Made by a program: the position numbers and the translations under genes
From: a bacterium
Lineage (GTDB): Bacteria > UBP15 > UBA6099 > JAJRTR01
Reading direction: 5' to 3'
Assembly: GCA_024278215.1 (NCBI GenBank)
Contig: JAJRTR010000105.1
Location: 1 to 36,438 of the forward strand
DNA length: 36,438 nt
Notes under the pieces: model-generated
The model's database searches: none
Told to the model about the DNA's origin: nothing
The model's input: the letters and a program-made list of their open reading frames with translations, nothing else
Part shown: positions 28,313 through 36,438 of the stretch, in pieces
Position numbering within the stretch: position 1 is the first letter of the stretch
Layout of the letters: each line of letters starts with the position of its first letter

Positions 28313-28390
28313 ATCTCATACTCCTTGCCTGTTTAGGGCGCGGTCTGCTGAATCCCGCGCGGTTATTGTTTCGATACGTTTTATTACACT

Positions 28391-28404
28391 GAGCCAATTG
28401 GCTC
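28391..28404. mobile_element. Collapsed MITE B (fused TIRs) with TSD CACT
   Basis: CACT-GAGCCAATTGGCTC-CACT. Confidence 0.75.
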
Positions 28405-28410
28405 CACTGT

Positions 28411-29229
28411 TCAAATGATGTAATAGATATTCGGTCCGGTGCCGAGGCCGACTTTTCTGCATATTGTGTGTTTCTTATTCAGGATCAGGTTCACTTTGGA
28501 ATTCGGGTCCGAAAGGTCGCCGAACACCAGGGCGTCTTTGCCGCCGGGCACCTTGTTCGCGGCTTCCACACAAGCGGGTTCGAGTCCGTCACTGAGCCTG
28601 TCGGCACAGAATGTGCATTTTTCGACAACGCCCTTTGTCCTGGTCGGATACTCGCCGACGATGCCCCGGCCCTTTTCAAGGAACTTGCGTGGTTCGTTCC
28701 AGTTGAAGCTCCTTGCGCCGTAGGGGCAGGCTGCCATGCAGTAGCGGCAGCCGATGCACCTGTGCATATCCATCATCACTATACCGTCGGTGTCGCGTTT
28801 CCAGGTCGCCTGTGTCGGACAGACCCTGACACACGGCGGCCTCGAGCAATGGTTGCACAGAACGACAACATCTTCGTCAAGAATACTGCGCTCCAGACGC
28901 GCATGCACCTGTTCGGGAAAAGTGTTGGCGAATTTCTCAGTCCATATCCACTTGACTTCTTCTTCCTTATTGATATTGCCTTTCGCATCAGTGATAGTCG
29001 GCACATTGTGTACAGTATGGCAGGCGTTGGCGGCGGCGTCGACAAGCTGTTTGTTCTGACATTTTTTTATGTCGATCACCATGGCCAACTGCTTTTTAGC
29101 AGCGGCTTCGTGGGTGCCTGTCTCTTCAGACATCGCCAGTAGTTTAGCATCGAGGAGCGGCAGGGCGCAGCTTATTCCAAGCGACGCATAGCCGGCTTTT
29201 TTCAGAAACTTTCGCCTGGTATCATCCAT
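28411..29229 (-). CDS. dsrO: DsrO, Tat-exported Fe-S protein
   Basis: TRRKFLK Tat motif, CNHCSRPPCVRVCP, CIGCRYCMAACP, KCTFC. RBS before ATG 29229. Confidence 0.95.
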   Translation of the reverse strand: MDDTRRKFLKKAGYASLGISCALPLLDAKLLAMSEETGTHEAAAKKQLAMVIDIKKCQNKQLVDAAANACHTVHNVPTITDAKGNINKEEEVKWIWTEKFANTFPEQVHARLERSILDEDVVVLCNHCSRPPCVRVCPTQATWKRDTDGIVMMDMHRCIGCRYCMAACPYGARSFNWNEPRKFLEKGRGIVGEYPTRTKGVVEKCTFCADRLSDGLEPACVEAANKVPGGKDALVFGDLSDPNSKVNLILNKKHTICRKVGLGTGPNIYYII

Positions 29230-29233
29230 CGCT

Positions 29234-29611
29234 TCAGTCCCCTTTCGGATCGTAATGGCAGTCCCAGCAGTAGGGTTCGACATCTGCGTAAGCATGACAC
29301 TTATCGCAGAATTCTGTCTTTTTGTGGCAGTTCAGACATGTTTTGTTGAGGCTTATCTCGTATGTGTCGCCGTACTCTTTCGAGGTATATTCGTGGATAT
29401 CCTCGCGCACCAGCATGTTGCGCCACTCGTCGAGCATGTTCATGTGGTTGTCAATCATGAACTCTTTAGATTCGATACATTTTGTTTTTCCCTCGGGCAG
29501 TTGCAGTTCGGGCGGTTCGCCTGCTCCGGCGATTGCTCCGCGCCATACAGGGAAGGTCACTGCCGCAAGGAAGACGACCAACCCCAGGATAATTTTCCAT
29601 TTGTCGTTCAT
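29234..29611 (-). CDS. dsrJ: DsrJ, triheme cytochrome c
   Basis: Three CxxCH motifs (CLNCH, CDKCH, CWDCH), HMNMLDEWR, N-terminal TM. Confidence 0.95.
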   Translation of the reverse strand: MNDKWKIILGLVVFLAAVTFPVWRGAIAGAGEPPELQLPEGKTKCIESKEFMIDNHMNMLDEWRNMLVREDIHEYTSKEYGDTYEISLNKTCLNCHKKTEFCDKCHAYADVEPYCWDCHYDPKGD

Positions 29612-29629
29612 GTCGGATTCTCCCGGTCT

Positions 29630-31246
29630 CTACTTTCCTGGAATTTCTTCCAGTCTGAGATTCAGTTTTCTATCGTTCTCGCCTTTGAGCACCATCGCGT
29701 TGGCGAGCAGTTCAGAAATGCCGGTAACTTCGACACCGGGCGCCCAGTAGTTGCAGACAGTGACGAGCGTCGCCCTGTCAATGGCGCACATGCAGGCAAG
29801 CTGGTTGACATTGAACTGCTCCTGGACATAGCGCACGGCCGCGCCCCTGGGCAATCCGCCCCGCAGGCGCATCTCCATGTTTTCATCCGTCCCGAGCCCC
29901 GCGCCGCCGCCGCAGCAGAATGTCTGCTCGCGGATCGTGTTTTCAGGCATTTCGTAGAAATTATTGCATATATTCTTCAGCACATAGCGGGGCTCTTCGA
30001 TTATGCCCATGCCGCGTGCCGGATTGCACGAGTCGTGGAATGTTACATTTATGTGGTCGTTCCTGCTCGGGTCGAGTTTCAGTTTTTTGTGTTTGATCAG
30101 GTCCGAAACGAACTCCATTATATGCACCATCTTGGTGGATTTCGCGTTTTCGAAGACCGTGCCGGTGATGGGCGATTTCGGCACTTCGAGGAAGTCGGCC
30201 GGACCGTTCATCGTGTCCATATACTGGTTGATCACACGCCACATGTGGCCGCACTCGCCGCCCAGTATCCACTTGACGCCGAGGCGTTCGGCCTCCATAT
30301 ACATCTTCGCGTTCAGGCGTTTGATCATTTCGTGCGAAGTGAACAGCCCGAAGTTTCCGCCCTCGGACGCATACGTGCTCCAAGTGTAGTTCAGTCCGAG
30401 TTCGTGGAACAATATAAGGTAGCCCATGCAGGTGAAGATACCTGGTTCGGCAAAGAAGTCGCCCGAAGGCGTGACGAATAATATGTCCGCGCCTTTCTTA
30501 TTAAAGGGCGGGTCGATCTCGATGCCTGTAGCAGTCTTAATGTCGTCGCAGAGGTCCTCGAAAATATCTTTCAGCGCGTGCGGCTGGATGCCGAGGTGGT
30601 TGCCGGTGCGGAAGCAGTTGGCGCACGGCTCGATTATCCAGTTTACGTAGAGTCCGAGCAGCCCGAGCAACTCGCGTCCCATCATGGTGATCTCGGCGGT
30701 GTCGATGCCGTAGGGGCAGAAGACCGAGCAGCGGCGGCATTCCGTACACTGGAAGAAGTAGTAGAACCACTCCTTTATCACGTCGATGGTGAGTTCGCGG
30801 GCGCCGGCGATCTTGCCGAGAACCTTTCCGACCATCGTAAATTCTTTGCGGTAAATTGACCGGAGCAACTCCGCCCTCAGCACCGGCATGTTCTTCGGGT
30901 CCGCGCTGCCGATGTAGAAGTGGCACTTGTCGGCACACGCGCCGCAACGAACACAAACGTCCATGAAGAGTTTGAACGAGCGATACTTCGTCAGCCGCTC
31001 CGCCATGCCCTCGAGCACGATCTGTTTCCAGTTGTCCTGGAGTTTCCAGTCCTCCTCGAGCACCGACCATTCGCGCGCGTTGGGAAGGTCCAGATACTCG
31101 AGACGCGCCGGTTTGCCGGGATAGATGAACGTACCGGGTCTGAAATCCACCGGTGTGTCCATCCAGTCCGAATCGGGCACCTGATCGTAATCAATATTAA
31201 GCAGTTCCGCCTGCTTGTAATATTCCATTTCATCGAACTTTGCCAT
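29630..31246 (-). CDS. dsrK: DsrK, Fe-S/CCG catalytic subunit
   Basis: CVRCGACADKC, CTECRRCSVFCP, GECGH, HDSC, CCGGGAG. Confidence 0.96.
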   Translation of the reverse strand: MAKFDEMEYYKQAELLNIDYDQVPDSDWMDTPVDFRPGTFIYPGKPARLEYLDLPNAREWSVLEEDWKLQDNWKQIVLEGMAERLTKYRSFKLFMDVCVRCGACADKCHFYIGSADPKNMPVLRAELLRSIYRKEFTMVGKVLGKIAGARELTIDVIKEWFYYFFQCTECRRCSVFCPYGIDTAEITMMGRELLGLLGLYVNWIIEPCANCFRTGNHLGIQPHALKDIFEDLCDDIKTATGIEIDPPFNKKGADILFVTPSGDFFAEPGIFTCMGYLILFHELGLNYTWSTYASEGGNFGLFTSHEMIKRLNAKMYMEAERLGVKWILGGECGHMWRVINQYMDTMNGPADFLEVPKSPITGTVFENAKSTKMVHIMEFVSDLIKHKKLKLDPSRNDHINVTFHDSCNPARGMGIIEEPRYVLKNICNNFYEMPENTIREQTFCCGGGAGLGTDENMEMRLRGGLPRGAAVRYVQEQFNVNQLACMCAIDRATLVTVCNYWAPGVEVTGISELLANAMVLKGENDRKLNLRLEEIPGK

Positions 31247-31248
31247 GG

Positions 31249-32250
31249 CTACTCCTTTTCAACAGGGAGACCGACCGCTTTCATCAGTTCTCCGAACTCT
31301 TCCTCGTATTCCTCGTAGGTGTGAAGCTTCACGGGGTAGTTCCAGGGATTGATGTGCCTGACCGCCCTATTGTTATTTGCCATATTTCTTGTCGGGCTCA
31401 GGAACACACCGGCAATGTGCATCAGCTTGCTGAACGGGAAATACATCAGCAGCACGCACACCAGGAACAGGTGGCCGAAAAACAGCGGGCTGATGCTGCT
31501 GAGAATCGCCGCGCTGGGCGTGAACGTCACCAGGCCTGTGGCCAGTTCCTTGATGGCTATAACATCGGCCTTGGATATATACCTGAGCCAGAACCCGCTG
31601 ATTCCGATTCCCAGGAGAAGGAAAAGCGGGAAATAATCATTAAGAAGCGAGATGTACCTGACCTGCGGGTTGAAGAGCCTGCGGGCAAGCAGGTAGACAA
31701 GCCCGGCGATCAGCCCGAATGATGTCAGATAGAAAACCGGCACTCCCACCTGGAAGAAACCGTCGGCCCGCTCGATCATCGTCACAAAGGCCGGAGTCGG
31801 CTGTACAAACAGTCTGATGTGCCTCAGCAGAACTACCAGCATGGAATAATGAAACACAATCGCGCCGAGCCAGAGAAATATTTCCGTGGCATATACCGGC
31901 TTGTTGTCGTCACCAGGTTGAGTTTTTGTATTCTTGAGAAGCGAGCGGAAACACAACACTTCTAGAAGCATCCTGATAAATGTTTCCACCGCGTTAGACG
32001 GATTGTCATATTTCGAGCGGGGCAGCCAGTCATGTGTTTTGTGGCCTCCGCATGTCGTCGTGATCCTGAACGGAACCGGCACTTTCGCCCACGCCAACAC
32101 CCTGTAGACGAACCCTGCAAGGAATAAGGCAAAAGCCGCATACGGGATTATCACGCCGAACAGGTACGGCGCCGCGCCGGACAAACCGTATCCTGCTAAA
32201 AACAATACTGAAACAGCAATCAATCCGATTATTACTTTCACTGTCAACAC
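31249..32250 (-). CDS. dsrM: DsrM, NarI-like cytochrome b
   Basis: PVPFRITTTCG, FH...LRH, GH...PFSKLMH, PTRNMANNNR. Confidence 0.95.
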   Translation of the reverse strand: MLTVKVIIGLIAVSVLFLAGYGLSGAAPYLFGVIIPYAAFALFLAGFVYRVLAWAKVPVPFRITTTCGGHKTHDWLPRSKYDNPSNAVETFIRMLLEVLCFRSLLKNTKTQPGDDNKPVYATEIFLWLGAIVFHYSMLVVLLRHIRLFVQPTPAFVTMIERADGFFQVGVPVFYLTSFGLIAGLVYLLARRLFNPQVRYISLLNDYFPLFLLLGIGISGFWLRYISKADVIAIKELATGLVTFTPSAAILSSISPLFFGHLFLVCVLLMYFPFSKLMHIAGVFLSPTRNMANNNRAVRHINPWNYPVKLHTYEEYEEEFGELMKAVGLPVEKE

Positions 32251-32264
32251 CTCGCCGTTTGCTG

Positions 32265-32801
32265 CTATCCGGCATCAAAGCCGGGCATTTCTCTTCTCGA
32301 TCCGGACTCATTCACCAGCTTGACTACAGAAGCCATGCTTCTCTTCAACTCGTTGATCCTCATATCGTAAATCTGCTGGCGGCATTTCGTAAAAATATCA
32401 AACGCGAAAAGGGCTACCTGATCGACACGATGGTCGTATTCCATTATTGCCGCGACCTCATTTTCATTCTTATCCTTCGTGTCCAGCACATCAGCCATTG
32501 CCTTCCTCAAAAGAAAAACAAACGAAAGCGCCTGCGACGGCGCCATATCCTGTATCGCCCTCATTTTGACAATTTCCTGCAAATGTGCGCAAAGAATCTC
32601 TACATCCATATCACCAAAAACCTGCTCGCAAATCCCGTGCGTACCTGTCCGAATGGCATGGCCCATCGGGTTGGCAAACTGATCCTTCTTGCTCCTGAGA
32701 AATCTTGCCGCTTCATCCTGATAAGTAGCATAAATCTCCTCAAGCCACCTGTCGGCGATTACCGTCTTCTTTTCCTTAATAACATCCACTATAGTCATCA
32801 T
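32265..32801 (-). CDS. dsrT: DsrT (RsbRD N-terminal domain protein)
   Basis: DQFANPMG, MRAIQDMAPSQALSFVFLL, directly upstream of dsrM. Confidence 0.88.
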   Translation of the reverse strand: MMTIVDVIKEKKTVIADRWLEEIYATYQDEAARFLRSKKDQFANPMGHAIRTGTHGICEQVFGDMDVEILCAHLQEIVKMRAIQDMAPSQALSFVFLLRKAMADVLDTKDKNENEVAAIMEYDHRVDQVALFAFDIFTKCRQQIYDMRINELKRSMASVVKLVNESGSRREMPGFDAG

Positions 32802-32856
32802 CTGCTACAACCCATTTTAGCTAATTTGCTAGTACCTTCATAATATTGTCTTGCAT

Positions 32857-32908
32857 ATTCTAAAAATTGCGGACATGCGAGTCAAGGAGTTTGGGAAATT
32901 TATCACAA
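32857..32908 (-). promoter_or_regulatory. Sigma70 promoter of dsrTMKJOP with an adjacent Rex-like box
   Basis: Minus strand TTGACT-N17-TAGAAT (32885-32857). TTGGGAA-ATTT-ATCACAA at 32891-32908. Confidence 0.65.
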
Positions 32909-33119
32909 AACATCAATTGCCGGCCATTTCTCTCACAGGCAGCAGACGGTTTCGCGTCTCCTGCCATCATCGTTTTTCCAGTTGTTTGACGGCAATGAGG
33001 TCGGCTTCGGTTCTGAAAGATTTCGCGTGCGCGGCTGCGCGTCGCGCCGGAACTTGCCCGGGGATGGATGTGGTTGCGGATTCTGCTCTGAAGGCGAACC
33101 TGCTTCGAACTCAGGCATT

Positions 33120-33140
33120 TTGACGGTAGTGGACCGTCAA
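33120..33140 (-). terminator. Hairpin right after the oxidoreductase gamma gene
   Basis: TTGACGGT-AGTGG-ACCGTCAA. No U-tract on the coding strand, so the role is uncertain. Confidence 0.3.
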
Positions 33141-33143
33141 CCT

Positions 33144-33743
33144 TCACATCTGGATGAGGCGTGAGATTTTTTCATGGCGCTTTCGATTCATTTTCTCGAA
33201 AGCCTTTTTCCCCTCGCGAAGGCCGATGTCGACAGCGGTCATATTTATCTCTTCAGTGCCTTTCGGGGCGCGGGTTTTGACGGCTTCGCGCAGTGCCTTG
33301 CTGGAGACGATGCCGGTGATGGCGGCAAGCGCGCCGAGAGAGAGGATGTTCATAGTCTGGATCAGGCCGACCTTCTCGCGAGCGAGTGTGGCCATGGGCA
33401 GCTGGTATGCGCTTGAGACGGGCAACTGGCGGCAGGAGTCGGTGTTCACTATCAGGACGCCGTCGGGCTTCAGGTCGTAGTAATACTGGTCGAGAGAGGC
33501 CTGGTTGAGCGCGAGAAGAATATCCAGATTTATCGCCTTCGGAAAGTCGATGGGATGGTTGCTGACAACGACTTCCGCTTTGCAATTGCCGCCGCGCGCC
33601 TCGGGTCCGTAGCTCTGGCTCTGGACCACATAGCGGTCGTCATAAATGCCGGACGCTTCCGCGAGCACGATGGATGCAAGGATTATCCCCTGTCCGCCTG
33701 AACCCGCGAGTCTTATCTTTACTCTTTCTCCGCCGACGCTCAT
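33144..33743 (-). CDS. korC: 2-oxoacid:ferredoxin oxidoreductase gamma subunit
   Basis: GSGGQG, SYGPEARGG. Confidence 0.9.
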   Translation of the reverse strand: MSVGGERVKIRLAGSGGQGIILASIVLAEASGIYDDRYVVQSQSYGPEARGGNCKAEVVVSNHPIDFPKAINLDILLALNQASLDQYYYDLKPDGVLIVNTDSCRQLPVSSAYQLPMATLAREKVGLIQTMNILSLGALAAITGIVSSKALREAVKTRAPKGTEEINMTAVDIGLREGKKAFEKMNRKRHEKISRLIQM

Positions 33744-33775
33744 CAGTATATTCTCCTTTTTCGGGCAGGCATCGC

Positions 33776-34624
33776 TTACTTGCCGTGTTCGTGTTCGTGC
33801 GGGTCGTAACCTTCTTTGATCCGCAGTTCGCTGTAGAGTGTGCAGTATTCGGGATCATCTCTGTCGACAAAAATGCCGGTCACGAGTTTGTCGCCGATCT
33901 CCTCGGGAGTCATGTCTTTCGCCTTGTCGACCGGGATGGAATTGTCTTTGATCCAGCGCATGACTTTGGGTGCTGTGCCCATCTTGTTGCGCCGCCCGAA
34001 GTTTGTGGGGCAGTATGAAGTGACCTCGAGCATAGAAAACCCGTCGTGTTCGACAGCTTTGCAGATCAGGTCTGTGAGCCGGCGGACGTGGTAGACGGTG
34101 CTGCGCGCAACCCAGGAGGTACCCGCGCCCATGGCGAGTTTGCAGATGTCGAACGGGCGTTCGAGGTTGCCGAGCACCGAAGTTGTGGACTTCGCGCCGG
34201 AAGGAGTGGTGGGCGAATACTGGCCGCCTGTCATGCCGAACACATTGTTGTTTATTACAATCGCGTTGATGTCTATATTTCTGCGTGCCATGTGGATAAG
34301 ATGGTTGCCGCCGATGGCTGTAGCATCGCCATCGCCCATGATGACGAAGACAACAAGATCGGGATTCGCCAGCTTGATGCCCGTAGCGAAGGCGAGGGCG
34401 CGTCCGTGTGTGGTGTGCAGCGTATTGAAATCGACATAGACCGGAAGTCTGCCCGAGCACCCGATGCCCGAAACCACGACGACATTGTCTTTGTCCAGTT
34501 CCATGCGGTCGATGGCACGGATCAGGCCACCCATAAGTATCCCGTTGCCGCAGCCGGGACACCACAAATGCGGGAACTTCTTGTCCGTCCTCAGATATTT
34601 ATAAAGCAGGTCCGTCTTCTGCAT
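33776..34624 (-). CDS. korB: 2-oxoacid:ferredoxin oxidoreductase beta subunit
   Basis: WCPGCG, SGIGC, HGRA, TPP motif GDGD...NN, GMTGGQYSPT. Confidence 0.93.
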   Translation of the reverse strand: MQKTDLLYKYLRTDKKFPHLWCPGCGNGILMGGLIRAIDRMELDKDNVVVVSGIGCSGRLPVYVDFNTLHTTHGRALAFATGIKLANPDLVVFVIMGDGDATAIGGNHLIHMARRNIDINAIVINNNVFGMTGGQYSPTTPSGAKSTTSVLGNLERPFDICKLAMGAGTSWVARSTVYHVRRLTDLICKAVEHDGFSMLEVTSYCPTNFGRRNKMGTAPKVMRWIKDNSIPVDKAKDMTPEEIGDKLVTGIFVDRDDPEYCTLYSELRIKEGYDPHEHEHGK

Positions 34625-34628
34625 CCTG

Positions 34629-35912
34629 TCATACCTCCAGTATCTCACGCAGGATTTCTTCCGGAGAAATCAGTTTTCCATCGATTCTGTTGAGCGGCAC
34701 GACCCTGCATTTGCCCGCCGCCTTCCTCTCGACCTCCCGGACGATCTGGCCGAGATTCATTTCAGGAACAATGATGACGTCCACATGCGCAGCCAGTTGC
34801 TCGATCGCAACCTCCGGGAACGGCCACAGCGTCTTCGGTCTGACGAGGCCGGCCTTTCTGCCTGTGCTGCGCGCCAGCACTATCGCCCTGCGCGCCGCCC
34901 TCGACACAGAACCGTAAGCAAAGACCGCTATGCGCGCGTCGTCGATCATTTCCGACTCCACCATTACAATCTCGCGTCGATTTTTTTCTATCTTGCTGCG
35001 CAGGCGCAGCAGATGGGCCTTTATTTCGTTCTGCTTATTGGTCGGGAACCCGTGTGTGTCATGCACGAGACCTGTAATGTGGTACCTGTAGCCGTCGCCG
35101 AAAGCAGCCATCGGCGGCACGAGCGACGGGGTGTCTTCGTATGGCTCATACCACTCGGGCGGCACGGTGGGTTTCACGCGGTTGAAAACCGGCGTGTCCT
35201 CTTCGGACGGCAGATGTATCTTTTCGCGCATGTGGGCGATTACTTCGTCGAGGAGGAGTATTACGGGTGTTCTGTATTTTTCGGAAAGATTGAACGCTTT
35301 AACAGTGAGAGTGTAGGCTTCTTCGACGGAATTGGGAGACAGGACGATAATACTGTGTTCGCCGTGTGTGCCCCATCGCGCCTGCATCACGTCGCCCTGG
35401 GATGGTGACGTGGGTGTTCCGGTGCTGGGTCCGCCGCGCATGACATTCACCACAACACAGGGAATTTCCGCAATAATGGAAAAACCGAGATTCTCCTGCA
35501 TGAGCGAAAAGCCGGGTCCACTGGTGGCGGTCATGGCCTTTATGCCTGCAATGCTCGCGCCGATAATGGCCGCCATGCTGGATATCTCATCTTCCATCTG
35601 GATAAATGTACCGCCCCGGGCGGGCAACTCCTGCGACAGCAGTTCCGCAATCTCGGTAGCGGGTGTTATGGGATATCCGGCAAAGAAACCCACGCCTGCG
35701 GCGAGCGCTCCCATCACACAGGCTTCATTGCCGCTCAACAGGACTGCCGGGCGCGATTCTTTTCTCTTATTTTTAGCACGCTTCCGCAGTTTTACAACGG
35801 CTTTTTCTTCCTCGTCGGAAACAACCCTTGGGCCTATCGCCGACTCAGGTTTCTTTCGTGTTTTTTTCTTCTTCTTTGCCGTTTTGCCTGCCGTTTTTTT
35901 TGCCATTGCCAT
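34629..35912 (-). CDS. korA: 2-oxoacid:ferredoxin oxidoreductase alpha subunit
   Basis: GNEA, FAGYPITP, QMEDE, TSGPGFSL, RGGPSTG, EMNLGQ. AAGGAG RBS. Confidence 0.93.
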   Translation of the reverse strand: MAMAKKTAGKTAKKKKKTRKKPESAIGPRVVSDEEEKAVVKLRKRAKNKRKESRPAVLLSGNEACVMGALAAGVGFFAGYPITPATEIAELLSQELPARGGTFIQMEDEISSMAAIIGASIAGIKAMTATSGPGFSLMQENLGFSIIAEIPCVVVNVMRGGPSTGTPTSPSQGDVMQARWGTHGEHSIIVLSPNSVEEAYTLTVKAFNLSEKYRTPVILLLDEVIAHMREKIHLPSEEDTPVFNRVKPTVPPEWYEPYEDTPSLVPPMAAFGDGYRYHITGLVHDTHGFPTNKQNEIKAHLLRLRSKIEKNRREIVMVESEMIDDARIAVFAYGSVSRAARRAIVLARSTGRKAGLVRPKTLWPFPEVAIEQLAAHVDVIIVPEMNLGQIVREVERKAAGKCRVVPLNRIDGKLISPEEILREILEV

Positions 35913-36177
35913 TCTCCTTTTTTACCCGTGTAATCGCAAAATCCGGGCATCTCAACTCGCAGTTGCCGCACTGGATGCAATCGTCGGGCCTGGCCACTAC
36001 CACCCTGTCGGTCCCGGGATCGTACTCGAGCACATTCTTCGGACAGAATTCGACGCATATCCCGCACCTCTTACACCAGTTGTGAAAAATCACCACCGGC
36101 ATACTGCGCCCGTTCTGCTCGTCATGCTCCACACGCCCCACTACAACCGGCTTCTTCTTGTTATCCGTCTTCACCAT
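35845..36177 (-). CDS. korD: 2x[4Fe-4S] ferredoxin (delta subunit)
   Basis: CKRCGICVEFCP and CIQCGNCELRCP. Confidence 0.88.
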   Translation of the reverse strand: MVKTDNKKKPVVVGRVEHDEQNGRSMPVVIFHNWCKRCGICVEFCPKNVLEYDPGTDRVVVARPDDCIQCGNCELRCPDFAITRVKKENGNGKKNGRQNGKEEEKNTKET

Positions 36178-36297
36178 TGCTTCTTTCCCTTTTTCTTTTC
36201 TCTTTATAACAAAAGAGTGAAAAAATAGTTTCCCAAAAAACTTATTCGGGAAAGTTCTCGATGATAATAAAAGCCCGCAACCCGACTCTCTTCTTTA

Positions 36298-36438
36298 GAG
36301 CCAATTGCAAAATTCTGATTCTGCTGCGGTCGGCTGCTATTGTCCATAGCTGCGTTGTCGGCACAAAATCGTCCTCGACGTACTCTACAAGTACGCCTGC
36401 GAGGATTTTACACCTCCGCCTTGCTCTGAACAATTTCG
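36298..36438 (-). mobile_element. MITE family B, reverse copy cut by the window end
   Basis: Reverse complement of most of 18038-18215. Confidence 0.9.

Noticed and set aside
29015-29075. Incomplete first Cys motif in DsrO as a sign of decay
   Set aside because: DsrO proteins are known to vary between three and four clusters; the other motifs and the frame are intact.
32860-33147. 95-aa ORF between korC and dsrT
   Set aside because: No protein-like motifs, and it overlaps the dsrT promoter and intergenic hairpins.

Overview
Bacterial window with about 29 protein genes, no rRNA, tRNA or CRISPR array, and an unusually dense load of short non-coding repeat elements. The right end is anaerobic energy metabolism: a four-subunit 2-oxoacid:ferredoxin oxidoreductase operon (delta-alpha-beta-gamma), then a complete dsrT-dsrMKJOP cluster with its own sigma70 promoter and a Rex/CRP-type box. 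This points to dissimilatory sulfur metabolism, although dsrAB and dsrC are not in the window. The rest is accessory: a partial hybrid histidine kinase, a secreted PDZ-fusion protein, a GT-C glycosyltransferase, a Zn dehydrogenase, a PafB/PafC-like WYL pair behind an unknown exported protein, a HK/sigma54-RR/PP2C/Ser-Thr kinase cassette, a long CoA transferase, a Na/Pi cotransporter, TetR plus amidohydrolase, LOG, queD and a VIT-vWA protein. The least explained signal is intergenic: (i) two MITE families with different ends and target duplications share one strand-specific structured core; (ii) one MITE is nested in another with an 8-bp TSD; (iii) a 14-bp collapsed MITE still carries its 4-bp TSD inside the dsr operon; (iv) MITE ends bracket host genes. 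All protein calls come from motif recognition by eye; no searches were run. Several starts were moved from the ORF track to RBS-supported codons.
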